The notes: generated by a model not told the origin, from the sequence alone. Shown: positions 29,727 to 40,024, numbered from the stretch's first letter. The stretch: 64,000 nucleotides of DNA from Candidatus Bathyarchaeota archaeon (GCA_963772455.1 CAVYXJ010000012.1:128001-192000); one strand, 5' to 3'. Program-made: numbers and translations.

Positions 29727-30911
29727 ACGGGAACATCCCAAACATTTACGATAAAGTACGTTGTACACGCTAGATTTGAAATTGAAGGTGTAGTTGAAAA
29801 ACCTGATGTTATTGGAGCAGTTTTTGGTCAAACCGAAGGACTTTTTGGACCAGAACTTGATTTACGTGAACTCCAAAAAACTGGGCGCATAGGCAGAATT
29901 GAAATTGACTTACACTCCAAAAATGATCGAACCACTGGTTCTATAACTATTCCAACAAGCTTAGATCGAGTTTCTACAGCCTTAATTGCAGCAAGCGTAG
30001 AGAGCATAAACCGCGTTGGACCATGCTCAGCCAAAGTAACTCTAGATAAAATCGAAGACATCAGAGAAGCACGACGAAAAATAATCATCGACCGAGCCAA
30101 AGAAATCCTGCACAAATGGAACATCGAATCTATGCCAAGCGTAGACGAAGTCTACAAAGAAATCTCAGATACAATGAAAGTTGGCAAAGTGGAAAAGTAT
30201 GGACCTGAAGATTTACCTGCTGGACCAGGATTAGAGGGAGCAAAAGAAATCTTTGTGGTAGAAGGTCGTGCGGACATTATCAATTTAATGCGATGTGGAA
30301 TCTTTAACACTGTAGCACTCGAAGGCGCAAAAGTTCCTGACTCAATAAGGAAGATTACAAAAGAAAAATTAGCCACAGCATTGCTTGACGGTGACCGAGG
30401 CGGAGACTTAATCTTAAAAGAGCTCATGCAAGTAACAAACGTAAAGTTTGTCGGTCGCGCACCAAGAGGCAAAGAAATTGAAGAATGCAACTGCAAAGAA
30501 ATCGCCGAAGCCATTGAAAACAAGTTGCCAATTGCAGAAGCTGCAGGAGTTCAAGTACCCAAACCAACACCAGCACCAAAAAAGATAGTTGTTCCAGAAC
30601 GTGTCAAAATTGAAGTCCCAGAAACCATAAGTCAAGCAGCAAAAGCATTAGTTGGAACATTAGAAGCGGTACTGCTCAACAGTAAACTCGAGTTAATCGA
30701 GCGTCTTCCAGTAAGTCAATTAGCCGAGAAGCTTTCGCAGATGACAGGTGTTGAAGCTGTAGTCTTTGATGGCATTATTACTCAGAGAATCGTTGACATT
30801 GCAGCTGACAAAAACATCAAACGAATTGTTGCCTCACGCGTCTCTGAAGCCGTTAAACCAGCTTTGAACGTTGAATTGATAACGTTCCAAGACGCTATTC
30901 CCCCAGCCTAA
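29727..30911 (+). CDS. dnaG: Archaeal DnaG-type primase / exosome-associated protein (apparent ACG start)
   Basis: In frame upstream of ORF 30132: GTSQTFTIKYVVHARFEIEGVVEKPDVIGAVFGQTEGLFG..LDLRELQKTGRIGRI; TOPRIM VVEGRAD, LDGDRGGDLI. Confidence 0.92.
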   Translation, partial: TGTSQTFTIKYVVHARFEIEGVVEKPDVIGAVFGQTEGLFGPELDLRELQKTGRIGRIEIDLHSKNDRTTGSITIPTSLDRVSTALIAASVESINRVGPCSAKVTLDKIEDIREARRKIIIDRAKEILHKWNIESMPSVDEVYKEISDTMKVGKVEKYGPEDLPAGPGLEGAKEIFVVEGRADIINLMRCGIFNTVALEGAKVPDSIRKITKEKLATALLDGDRGGDLILKELMQVTNVKFVGRAPRGKEIEECNCKEIAEAIENKLPIAEAAGVQVPKPTPAPKKIVVPERVKIEVPETISQAAKALVGTLEAVLLNSKLELIERLPVSQLAEKLSQMTGVEAVVFDGIITQRIVDIAADKNIKRIVASRVSEAVKPALNVELITFQDAIPPA

Positions 30912-33295
30912 ACGTAATCCATTAGGCTTCTAATTTCTTCTGTTTCTTTCCCTTCTTTTAGCAATTCTTCTTCTTTAACATCAAAGAATGAAAGTATTCT
31001 TGAGGCTGCAGGAATCACTTGATTGGTAATGTAGTAATCCATGTCTATTTCCTCGATTTTTGCGAAGATGTAAGGTTTAACTCGGCTGTATAGGCGTCCT
31101 TTTCCTTCAAGGATAACATAACCTACCTTGTCACCGCCAGCCAAACGCCACCCTTTTTCCTTAAGCATTTTTGCAGCCTCAACATGAGGCGCTCTATTGG
31201 CGTATTCGTCAGGAGATTTCGTGAGAGTTTTCCATATAATTAGTTCAGTAAACGGGACTTTTCGTTGTTTTAAGTCAGCAACAACTGAACGTACATAATC
31301 AGCTGCTTTTTTAGGAGACTGCTCCCGTAGGATTATTTCAAGAACATGTTCCTGCACATCTTTAGCAACTTTTGCCCAGTCCCCACGAATAACCTCCAAA
31401 CCCACAATGTCAAGACTGCCATCCTGCCGTAACCCTGCATACCGTTTCTTGGCTTCTGTGAAGAAAATACGCGTATAAACTTCCCCAATTTCAACTTCAA
31501 GTTTTAGTTCGCATTTGATTTCTTCTTCCAGCTTTGAAATCTTTGCTTTATCGTAGCTAAGAAATAGGCTGTCCGTGTCGCCATAAACTACTTGTATTCC
31601 TGCATATTCAGCCATTTTTGAAGCAGACAAAATAATGTGCCTACCCCAAGCTGATGCGGCTTCCGCAACTGGTTTAAGGTACCATCTTGCTCCAATCCAA
31701 CCAGCATATCCGTAAGCTGCGTTTGTGATGATTTTAACAGCCTTTTGACGTGCATCCAAAACGTGGTATTCAACAGTTTTTGGATCTGTAGTTTTCATTC
31801 TTTGCCGAATTGTTCCTCGCACTTTGATTAGGTATGTTATTGCTTCTTTGTAAAATCCCGGAGGTGCCTTGCGAAATTTATGACCTACCTCTGGAGCTGA
31901 ATAAACGCCGCCTATTGGCATTGGCTCATCAGGGGCAACATAAGTATCGGGCGACAGGTTGTAAGTTATCATGATGTTGGGGTACATCGATTTGAAATCT
32001 AAGACGGCAATGTTTTCTTGTAATCCGGGTTTTGGGGAAAGAACTAAACCGCCAGCATAGGGAATATAGGGTTGTTCGATTCGTTTGGGGATAAGTTCGC
32101 CTATTTTTTGTCCTTGTTTGATTAGAAACCATTCAACTCGAAAACCTACAGCAGCAGTCATCACATGGTCCAAAGGAAGACTTGTCAAGCTAGCAAGCCC
32201 CATAGCAAGATCCAAAATCAATTTAGCTGTACCCTGCACTTTGCCAGCACTAGCCAAACCAAACTGAATTAATTCGACGCGTTTTTCCTTATCATCCCAG
32301 TAATCCGCAAACGCCACATCTTCAACAACACTTTTGCTATCTTTCATTATATCCAAATTTTTTGCAAGGTTCCAAAGAGTCTTCACTTTCACCTCAGGAA
32401 ACACATCCATAAAATCTGCCAAGTCAATGTTTACAATTCCTGTAATCGAAACGTGACCATAGATGCTTGTATGAGGTTCCAAATGTGCTCGATCGAAATT
32501 TAGTTTCATTTTTAGTTTGTGGCTTCTGCCTTTGAGGTATGACCAATCGACTGAGTTGGCGCCAAAGGTTGCGATGATGTCGGGGTCGTACTTGCAGATA
32601 TAGTCGATGAATTCTTCAATGATGATTTTGTCGTTTTTGTTTTCGTCAGCAATGAATTGTCTTGTTTTTCCGTTGCTAGTTGAAGTTGATATTATTATAA
32701 CGGGGTTTCGTTCGGGTTTGGGTGAACCTTCGCGACTATAACAAATCATAGAATAACTTAGAACTCGTAAGTCTGGCTCAACTATTTTCTCAATAGGTTT
32801 AGGCGGCGTTTTAGCGGAATAAACTTTAGATACTCTTACGCCTTGGGTGTTCTCTTCCTCATCTACATCAGCCTCATGCCAACTGCAAGGAGCTATATTA
32901 TTGTCGATTAAATAACGCATTGATGCGCGAATTTCGTCTTCGAGGCAATCTTTTACGCCTTCGATGCTTCTAAGTTGCTTGGCAAGCTTGCTTGTTTCGG
33001 ATGCCACTTTGCAATAGACCTTTATTGCAGTCACGGGTTTGCCAAAGAAGCGGCGTTCAACAACTTCTGTCTTCACAATTGAAGAGCTGTAATCATTCAT
33101 GATTTTCTCTGCAACTTTCGATCCTTCAAACCCGTCGACTAACACAGCATAAAAGTAAGCAATAAAATTGCGGTCAATAATGAGTACTCTATTGTTGTCT
33201 GAGTCAATTCCCCATAACCATAATTCAATTGTGCCATTGTCTTTATCGATTTTAGGGTTAATATCTAAAAGCCAAAAGGAGAATATCACAAACAA
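30908..33295 (-). CDS. polB: Family B DNA polymerase (PolB3-like) with degenerate 3'-5' exonuclease motifs
   Basis: YAGG, LDFKSMYP, QKAVKIITNAAYGY, YGDTDS, KKRYAG, GLEVIRGDW. Confidence 0.95.
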   Translation of the reverse strand: MFVIFSFWLLDINPKIDKDNGTIELWLWGIDSDNNRVLIIDRNFIAYFYAVLVDGFEGSKVAEKIMNDYSSSIVKTEVVERRFFGKPVTAIKVYCKVASETSKLAKQLRSIEGVKDCLEDEIRASMRYLIDNNIAPCSWHEADVDEEENTQGVRVSKVYSAKTPPKPIEKIVEPDLRVLSYSMICYSREGSPKPERNPVIIISTSTSNGKTRQFIADENKNDKIIIEEFIDYICKYDPDIIATFGANSVDWSYLKGRSHKLKMKLNFDRAHLEPHTSIYGHVSITGIVNIDLADFMDVFPEVKVKTLWNLAKNLDIMKDSKSVVEDVAFADYWDDKEKRVELIQFGLASAGKVQGTAKLILDLAMGLASLTSLPLDHVMTAAVGFRVEWFLIKQGQKIGELIPKRIEQPYIPYAGGLVLSPKPGLQENIAVLDFKSMYPNIMITYNLSPDTYVAPDEPMPIGGVYSAPEVGHKFRKAPPGFYKEAITYLIKVRGTIRQRMKTTDPKTVEYHVLDARQKAVKIITNAAYGYAGWIGARWYLKPVAEAASAWGRHIILSASKMAEYAGIQVVYGDTDSLFLSYDKAKISKLEEEIKCELKLEVEIGEVYTRIFFTEAKKRYAGLRQDGSLDIVGLEVIRGDWAKVAKDVQEHVLEIILREQSPKKAADYVRSVVADLKQRKVPFTELIIWKTLTKSPDEYANRAPHVEAAKMLKEKGWRLAGGDKVGYVILEGKGRLYSRVKPYIFAKIEEIDMDYYITNQVIPAASRILSFFDVKEEELLKEGKETEEIRSLMDYV

Positions 33296-33471
33296 CCGCC
33301 ACTAAAACATAACACGAAAGCGCCTTTAAACCGTTTTCTCCAATAGATATTAGAAGGTTCTGGCAATGAGGCCATTTGAGTTCCCCTTGTGTCTGTTCCA
33401 CTATTGGAACATATTGTTCCTTGAATAGAACTAAATCACGCTTAGCGTATTGACTATTTGATGGAGAGCAT

Positions 33472-34314
33472 ATGAAAAAGACCGAAGTGATAACTACAGC
33501 CGCTTTGTTAGGTTTAATCGTTTTAGTTCCATTCTTAATTGAGCTACAAACTGTCAAGGCGCAATCAGCAGATACAGAAAGCTACTCTTCCTCCCTCAAA
33601 ATATTATCTCCATCCAACACTACCTACAACTCAAATTCACTATTACTAAACGTAACAATACATCGTCAGTTTAAGCCAACCGAGTACAATTCAAGAATAA
33701 TGTATAGTCTAAACGGAGAAGCTAATGTGAGTGTTCCATCAACATCAACTTTTTTTGACTTAACAACACCAGGCTCTATCTGGAGCGCACTTGCCTCTTA
33801 CACCCTAATCTCAGGCACTACCACTTTACAAAACCTCTCTGAAGGTCACCATTTCTTAACTGTTTTTGGAATATATGAACGGGCAGAAGGAATCAGCACA
33901 AAATACCCAGCAATCATGCATGATATCAGAACGGTTTATTTTACAATTAACAAAGGCATTTCACCACATTTGACAAACCTTCAAATTGAGAATAAAACCT
34001 ACAGCCAAAATGATTTACCTTTGAATATTACTGTTGATAAGCAGGTTAGCTGGATGGGCTACAGTTTAGACGGGCAAACCAACATCACCTTTACTCAGAA
34101 CATAACTCTAAATGAATTAGCGTACGGGTCTCATAGCTTAACAGTATTTGCTAATGATACTCTTGGAAACATGGGAGCAAGTGAAAATGTAAATTTCTCT
34201 ATCGAGAGAAATGAGGATTTTCCTGTTTTGCCTTTCGCAATTATTTCGATAACAGCAATCATTTCTTTTTGTGCTGGTTTGATAGTCTATTACAAACGCA
34301 AAATGAAATTGTAG
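33472..34314 (+). CDS. Surface protein with Ig-like repeats and C-terminal TM anchor
   Basis: VKA signal site; ILSP.NTTY; WMGYSLDGQ.N; G.HSLTVFANDT.GNMG; DFP + TM + KRK. Confidence 0.85.
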   Translation: MKKTEVITTAALLGLIVLVPFLIELQTVKAQSADTESYSSSLKILSPSNTTYNSNSLLLNVTIHRQFKPTEYNSRIMYSLNGEANVSVPSTSTFFDLTTPGSIWSALASYTLISGTTTLQNLSEGHHFLTVFGIYERAEGISTKYPAIMHDIRTVYFTINKGISPHLTNLQIENKTYSQNDLPLNITVDKQVSWMGYSLDGQTNITFTQNITLNELAYGSHSLTVFANDTLGNMGASENVNFSIERNEDFPVLPFAIISITAIISFCAGLIVYYKRKMKL

Positions 34315-34343
34315 AATTGTTACCTTAAAAGAAAAAAAAGTGT

Positions 34344-34640
34344 TTATGAATTTGGAATATTTCGTGCCCAACATGGTCCAAATCCAAAGGTGTTGCCGTA
34401 GCCTTGATTCGGTGCAGGAACTGGATTATTAGTTGAAATTGGTGGAGCTACATATTGGTTAGCGGATTGTTGGTTGTTTCTTAATCCAAAGCAGTTACCC
34501 ATCCATCCCCAGAAGCCATTATTGGCGTTTGTGCCACCATAAGTTTGGCTTGCAGATATTTGGGCTGAGGCTAATCCCACAATGGTCAACGTCAAGAATG
34601 CTACGGCGACCAAGACAATTATTATTTTTGTTTTTTGCAT
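34344..34640 (-). CDS. Small secreted Gly/Trp/Cys-containing protein
   Basis: Signal peptide; GFWGWMGNCFG and GFGPCW motifs; GGTGA RBS. Confidence 0.75.
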   Translation of the reverse strand: MQKTKIIIVLVAVAFLTLTIVGLASAQISASQTYGGTNANNGFWGWMGNCFGLRNNQQSANQYVAPPISTNNPVPAPNQGYGNTFGFGPCWARNIPNS

Positions 34641-34687
34641 TTTATCACCATATTAGAATATGGTCATGGACTCTTATGGTAGTTTAG

Positions 34688-34718
34688 TGAAACAAACTTG
34701 AAACAGTTTTTTGAAACA
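34688..34718. promoter_or_regulatory. Three direct TGAAACA repeats in a divergent promoter
   Basis: tgaaaca at 34688, 34699 and 34712. Confidence 0.6.
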
Positions 34719-34795
34719 GTCTGTAGTTGGAATTTAATGTTTTGAATGGTTTTTTTGGGTAAAACTTAATTTGCAGCCTCGAGTTTTAATTTAGT

Positions 34796-35431
34796 ATGCG
34801 AAAATTATACGTTTTTCTAGCTATTTTCTTAATTGCAATAGGTGTTTTTCTGTCTCTTGCCGTGGTAGGCTGGTATTTAGCCGCTACCTCTCCGTCTTAT
34901 TACGGTTCCAGCTGGATGAGTCAAATGTGGGGTCCTCATTTAGGCAGTGATGGAAATTATGGCGGTATGGGTGGAATGATGGGCAACGTTGGAACTACCT
35001 CTTCTTATTTGTGGATAATCCCTGTTGCATTAATTGGTATAGTCGTGGTATCTGTAATAGGGGTTGTTTTTTACTTAGCTTTTCCTCAGCTTAGATATGT
35101 TAAGAGAACTTGTGAAATTCCAAATACTAACGGTGCCCCAATGGAAGCTGTCAATAGTGATGTTGGCTTAGTCGGTAGCTCAACTGTTGAACCGAACACT
35201 TGCGGTGTGGTGTTAAAAACTATGACGCCTGAAGAACAGAAGGTTCTAAATGTCTTAGTTGCTCATCAAGGAAAGTATCTTCAAAAATATGTTAGCAAAG
35301 AAGCTGGACTTAGCAGACTCAAGACACATCGAATTGTGGCTCGTTTTGCTGAACGTGGCATTGTTACTGTTACAGAATTTGGAAACACTAATGAAATAGT
35401 TGTTTCCGACTGGGTTAAAAACTCAAAGTAA
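34796..35431 (+). CDS. Membrane-tethered winged-HTH regulator (COG2512-like)
   Basis: Two TM helices around a Met/Gly loop; C-term TPEEQKVL..L....G..LQK.....GLSRLKTHRIVARFAERGIV....GNTN.I. Confidence 0.85.
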   Translation: MRKLYVFLAIFLIAIGVFLSLAVVGWYLAATSPSYYGSSWMSQMWGPHLGSDGNYGGMGGMMGNVGTTSSYLWIIPVALIGIVVVSVIGVVFYLAFPQLRYVKRTCEIPNTNGAPMEAVNSDVGLVGSSTVEPNTCGVVLKTMTPEEQKVLNVLVAHQGKYLQKYVSKEAGLSRLKTHRIVARFAERGIVTVTEFGNTNEIVVSDWVKNSK

Positions 35432-35552
35432 AACCAGGACTATTGAATCCGCATTAAAAAAGTCAATGTGCAGGAAAAGTTGTTATTTTGAGGTGTTTCA
35501 AGCGCTGACTAGTCGATATGCTTAAATATGCACAACGGGTCAATGGAAAACA

Positions 35553-36947
35553 GTGAAAAAAATGAAAGTCACAACAATAGCAGCAATCGCATTAATAGCA
35601 ATAATCTTAACAGGAATAGCCGCATACACTGCGGGTTATTACACTCAAAATAATGGACAACCCCAACCAACACCAACTCCAACACCATCTCCATCGGCCT
35701 CACCAACTGTGACTCCAACTCCAACGCAGAGTACATCGCCCACACCAACTCGATCGCCCACCCCAACACCAAACCCAACTGCTTCTCCGTCGCCTACTCC
35801 AACTCCAATGCCCAGTCCCACAACACTTAGAGTTGCAACAACCACAAGCCTCTACGATACAGGTCTTGAGGATACTCCTGAAACTTTGAAAAACGGAACA
35901 GTAGTAAAAGACGACCTTAAAGACGCTTTCCAAGCTAAATATCCATGGATTACTGTTAACTTCATTGCTTTAGGAACGGGTGCAGCAATAGCTCAAGCAC
36001 AAAGAGGTGATGCAGACATGCTTCTGGTTCATTCGCCAGCCCAAGAATTAACTTTCCTAAAAGGCGGCTTTGGCGTTGACCGTAAAATAATCGCTTACAA
36101 CTTCTTTATCATTGTTGGTCCAACCAACAACCTTGCAGGAATAACTAGCACAGACAGCGTTTCGGACGCACTTGTCAAAATTTATAATGCACCACATACA
36201 GGCAGCAATCCAGTTTACTGGTTCTCTAGAAATGATGCGTCAGGTACAAACACAAAAGAAATTTCTTTATGGAATGCCGTTGCAAGCATAACCGGACAAA
36301 ACTATACTCAACTGACAAATTCAACTGCGAATCCATGGTTTAAGTCAACAGGAACTGGAATGGGGCAAACATTACTTGCAACTAACTACTATGGCAGTTC
36401 AGGTGGATATACAATTGCAGATACAGGCACGTTCCTCGCTTACTCAACAAGGGGGGACATTCAGCTGAAAGTGCTAGTTCAAGGACAACAATCATTGCTT
36501 AATGTTTACAGTGCAATAATCGATGATCCACGAAACTCCAATCTTGTAAATACAAATTTTGCCGCCTCTCTACTATTCGTTAATTATCTAGTGTCCACTG
36601 AAGGTCAACAATTAATCGGCAACTATGGTGTATCCCTTTACAACCAATCGCTCTTTACACCTTTTGTCCCATTAGCAACTGGAATAGTTTCTGATCCCCA
36701 ATTATTAGGCTGGATAAAAAGCTACGCCTATATGAGCTCAGATTCTACTCCAATAATTAGCGCTAGTGGAACCGAGTGCCCTACACAATTTAGATACAAC
36801 GAAGGATCTCTCTTCTCCGTCACATACATCGCAAACTCCAATGCCAACATTTCGTTCAACGTTCCAAACTACTACATTGCAGACAAGCCAAAAATCACAA
36901 CTGCACAAGGAATACTTTCACAAAGCAATAAGTTATACAGTGTTTAG
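35553..36947 (+). CDS. tupA: Tungstate ABC transporter substrate-binding protein
   Basis: [19 protein letters not shown]...A.RGDAD..LVHSP..E, YN.FIIVGP, SRND.SGT..KE, TG.GMG.TL, L.N.YS. Confidence 0.92.
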   Translation: MKKMKVTTIAAIALIAIILTGIAAYTAGYYTQNNGQPQPTPTPTPSPSASPTVTPTPTQSTSPTPTRSPTPTPNPTASPSPTPTPMPSPTTLRVATTTSLYDTGLEDTPETLKNGTVVKDDLKDAFQAKYPWITVNFIALGTGAAIAQAQRGDADMLLVHSPAQELTFLKGGFGVDRKIIAYNFFIIVGPTNNLAGITSTDSVSDALVKIYNAPHTGSNPVYWFSRNDASGTNTKEISLWNAVASITGQNYTQLTNSTANPWFKSTGTGMGQTLLATNYYGSSGGYTIADTGTFLAYSTRGDIQLKVLVQGQQSLLNVYSAIIDDPRNSNLVNTNFAASLLFVNYLVSTEGQQLIGNYGVSLYNQSLFTPFVPLATGIVSDPQLLGWIKSYAYMSSDSTPIISASGTECPTQFRYNEGSLFSVTYIANSNANISFNVPNYYIADKPKITTAQGILSQSNKLYSV

Positions 36948-36995
36948 CTAGGAAAAAGCTCAAATTTTAATCCCCTCATTTTCTTTGTGATATGA

Positions 36996-37757
36996 ATGGC
37001 CGATATTATCGTTCAGGCTTTCCAGCAAGCAATTAATTTGATTGCAAGCGGAGATCCTGAAGTTTACGCCACAATTTACAGAACAATTTACGTTGCCGGT
37101 TTGGGAACTCTACTATCTTGCCTGTGGAGCATTCCACTTGCAGTGATAATAGGTCTGCACAATTTTAGGGGAAAATGGATAATCAAAGGCATTTTTAATG
37201 CTTTAATCGGTGTTCCTACGGTTGCATTAGGGTTACTCTTGTTTTTGCTTTTTTCACGTCAAGGAGAATTCGGATTCTTAAACCTCCTCTACACACTCAA
37301 CGGAATTGCAATTGGACAATCCATACTTGTTACCCCAATAATTGTTAGTTTCACAGCTAACGCTTTAGACAAAGCCGACATCCAATTAAGAGACCTTGCA
37401 AAAACCCTTGGAGCATCGGGAATTAGAACAAATTTAACTCTTATTCGTGAAACTTTTTGGTCGATGATGCTTTCCATAACTGCAGCTTTCAATAGAGGTT
37501 TTGGTGAACTTGGAATAGCAACAATTATTGGCGGCAGTTTAGCAGGCGAAACAAGGGTTTTAACGACTTCCATTGCGCTTGATTTAAACAGGGGATTCTT
37601 CGACGTCGCAATGGCATATGGAGTAATTCTTATGGTAATTGTAATTGTTCTGGCTTTAACTGTAAGCCTAATTGAGCGCTTAAGAAACGAAGATTTGGGC
37701 TGGAGTAAACTAATGCTATGGAATGGTTTTAGGAGCAAGGTAAAGTTTGAGCGTTAA
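36996..37757 (+). CDS. tupB: Tungstate ABC transporter permease
   Basis: GVPTVALGL, SRQG.FG...LLYT, TLGAS, F.R...ELG....GG...ETRVLTT.I. Confidence 0.92.
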   Translation: MADIIVQAFQQAINLIASGDPEVYATIYRTIYVAGLGTLLSCLWSIPLAVIIGLHNFRGKWIIKGIFNALIGVPTVALGLLLFLLFSRQGEFGFLNLLYTLNGIAIGQSILVTPIIVSFTANALDKADIQLRDLAKTLGASGIRTNLTLIRETFWSMMLSITAAFNRGFGELGIATIIGGSLAGETRVLTTSIALDLNRGFFDVAMAYGVILMVIVIVLALTVSLIERLRNEDLGWSKLMLWNGFRSKVKFER

Positions 37758-38463
37758 TCTTCAATTAGTGGATTTGAAAAAAAGTTACCGAACTGTAAAA
37801 GCATTAAAATCTGTTAATCTTACGTTGAATGGAAACAAGATAATAGTCCTCCTGGGCGTTAACGGCGCAGGAAAAAGCACCCTAATGCGCATTCTCGCAG
37901 GTTTAGAAAACGCTGATGAAGGAACAATTCTTTTCAACAATCAAAAAACAACTGCCAAAGAACTTCGCCAAGTCTCCACTTTAGTTTTTCAAAAAACAGC
38001 AATGTTCACCATGAATGTCTATGACAACTTGGCATATGGATTAAAAATTAGAAAAGTCCCCAACGAAGAAATTGAAAGGAGAGTACCTGACGCGCTGGCA
38101 GCTGTTAGGCTTTCTGATTTTGAAAAAAGACGCGCAAAAAAACTTTCTGGAGGAGAACAGCAGCGAATTGCTTTGGCACGGGCGTTTCTGCTGGATTCAA
38201 ACGTTCTACTTTTGGACGAGCCTACGGCGAACTTGGATCCAAACAGTGCCTTAATCATCGAGAAAGCAATTGTGAGTAAAAAAAATAATCAACGAATCAT
38301 AATAATGGCAACTCATAATCTTAATCAGGCAAGACGAATGGCCGATGAAATAGTTCACATCCATGACGGAGAAATAGTTGAGGTTGCAAATCCCGATGAT
38401 TTCTTTGAGAATCCTAAAAGTGAAGTGACTCGCAAATTTATAAATGGAGAATTGGATTTCTGA
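37747..38463 (+). CDS. tupC: Tungstate ABC transporter ATPase
   Basis: GVNGAGKST, LSGGEQQR, LLLDEPTANLDP, THN; overlaps tupB. Confidence 0.9.
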   Translation: MSVNLQLVDLKKSYRTVKALKSVNLTLNGNKIIVLLGVNGAGKSTLMRILAGLENADEGTILFNNQKTTAKELRQVSTLVFQKTAMFTMNVYDNLAYGLKIRKVPNEEIERRVPDALAAVRLSDFEKRRAKKLSGGEQQRIALARAFLLDSNVLLLDEPTANLDPNSALIIEKAIVSKKNNQRIIIMATHNLNQARRMADEIVHIHDGEIVEVANPDDFFENPKSEVTRKFINGELDF

Positions 38464-38553
38464 AATTAATTTATATGTCAATTATAGTTTCTGCTTTCTT
38501 GATTTTGCAACAATGGTTTTATCTTTATACAATATAAGGTCAAGTTAGTTTAG

Positions 38554-38982
38554 TTAGGGTGCATGTAGCCAACCGCGTCCACTTTTCTTAGGTTGTTTAC
38601 CTTTTGGTTTTTTTGGAGCATATTCTTGGGCACGTTTGGTTTTTTGGCCTTGATTTTTAGTTATTTCTGTTTTTACAAATTTTCCCCATCCGCCTTCGCG
38701 ACGATCTGGTTGAATGTAGCGTTCGGGGTTTTCGACCATGTGTGTTTCAAGGATTTCTTTAAAATTCAGTGGTTTAAAATCCCTTGTGGCATGGATGATT
38801 GTGCCTCGTTCTACACGTAGAGACTCATAGTTTGCAACTGAGATGCCTTCGGCTCGGACTTCGTCATTTACGCGTTCGTTCCAAAGTTGTTTCCATTGAA
38901 CTTTGAGTTCTTCAACCAGTTCTTTCTGAGCTTTGGCTTTGTCCTCAGTTGGTTTGTTGGCTGAATCTTCTTTGCCTTGCAA
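38554..38982 (-). CDS. Hypothetical soluble protein
   Basis: 142-aa ORF with W..LW.ER..D..RAEG and GGW.KF motifs. Confidence 0.7.
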   Translation of the reverse strand: MQGKEDSANKPTEDKAKAQKELVEELKVQWKQLWNERVNDEVRAEGISVANYESLRVERGTIIHATRDFKPLNFKEILETHMVENPERYIQPDRREGGWGKFVKTEITKNQGQKTKRAQEYAPKKPKGKQPKKSGRGWLHAP

Positions 38983-39093
38983 GTTGACTTCTCTTCCATT
39001 TTAAGTTGTTAATTTATTCTTTGTTAGATTATTTAACTTTATTTAACATCCATTCTTAATCTTTGAAATGTTAATGGTGATGTTTTGGTGTCG

Positions 39094-39561
39094 TTAAATG
39101 CTGCCGGAAATTACTATGTTGAAGTCGAAATCGGATATGTCGCCTGTGTCAGCAGCTACGTTTAACGTGAGTGTTGCGGGTACTATGGCGCCTGCTTGGA
39201 GTGTGGCGCTTTCTTTATTCCACGTTAAGAATAGGCTTGACGTGGCGGATGGTGGATTTCAATCTTTGGCAGTCATGCTTAGGGTTTCAGTTATGTTGCC
39301 TGTATTTTTGACGTAAATTGTTTTTGTGGCAACGAATGGCGTAATCAGTGTACCCCAATCAATATTTGAGCATAATGTTGTGGCTTGCGAGTCACTGTAG
39401 ACACTTATGTTAACTGTGTTGGTTGTTATACTTCCGCCTAGGTGACCTTGTGCTGGGATGTTTTGTTGGGCGTTTAATATTCCTGCTGTTACTACTGAGA
39501 GTGCTATTGCAATGAAAACTAGGGTTATGAGTGGGATTATTGCTGCTTTTTTTAGTTGCAT
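39094..39561 (-). pseudogene. Secreted beta-sandwich protein with an in-frame TGA at 39259-39261
   Basis: IDWG, IYVKNTGN..TLSM..KD-[TGA]-NPPSA....LTWN...ATLTLNV...FDFNIVISG* stays in one frame. Confidence 0.75.
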
Positions 39562-39748
39562 AACTTTTTCCTAAATTCATTGTGTATAGCGTCTTAATAA
39601 ATGCTATACATTTCTGATCAGTAACAAGAAATAAAAAAAAGAAATTCAAGCAACAAAGTCCCTAAAACACGAATTATTTGCATTTAATAATTTCAACTAT
39701 TCTAACTATAATAAAAAATAGTTAAACTGCTCAAAGAAAATCCGGGAA

Positions 39749-40024
39749 TCAAGTGTCAAGAATCGCTTTTAATTCGCAATCAGGCGTGTAAATGATTACG
39801 CCGTCGGGATCTTCTTGTACGGATAAACTACGTTTTTTGGCAACTTCTCTAACCTTTTGTTTGTCTGTTTCAGGAATTATTCCTTTAATGTTGATGCGGT
39901 AACCAACTGAATCGCTGTCATTTGGGGTTTCAAAAGAGACGCATTCAGGCGATAAGTCATTGCATTGGCTCAGAAGCTCTTTTAAGTAGATGATTGCCTC
40001 TGATCTATCCAACGGAATCCCCAA
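39749..40024 (-). CDS. Small M[DN]RxEA-family protein
   Basis: LDRSEAIIYLKEL...GYRINIKG...VAKKRSLSVQE..GVIIYTP; paralogs elsewhere in the window. Confidence 0.75.
   Translation of the reverse strand: MGIPLDRSEAIIYLKELLSQCNDLSPECVSFETPNDSDSVGYRINIKGIIPETDKQKVREVAKKRSLSVQEDPDGVIIYTPDCELKAILDT

Noticed and set aside
35660-35825. CRISPR-like or VNTR repeats in ccaac-rich tracts (also ~18500, ~23500 and 59855-60265)
   Set aside because: These are Pro/Thr linkers or protein repeats inside CDSs, with no constant repeat-spacer structure.
39259-39261. Selenocysteine or UGA recoding
   Set aside because: The context predicts Trp rather than Cys, no SECIS is evident, and TGA terminates other genes here.
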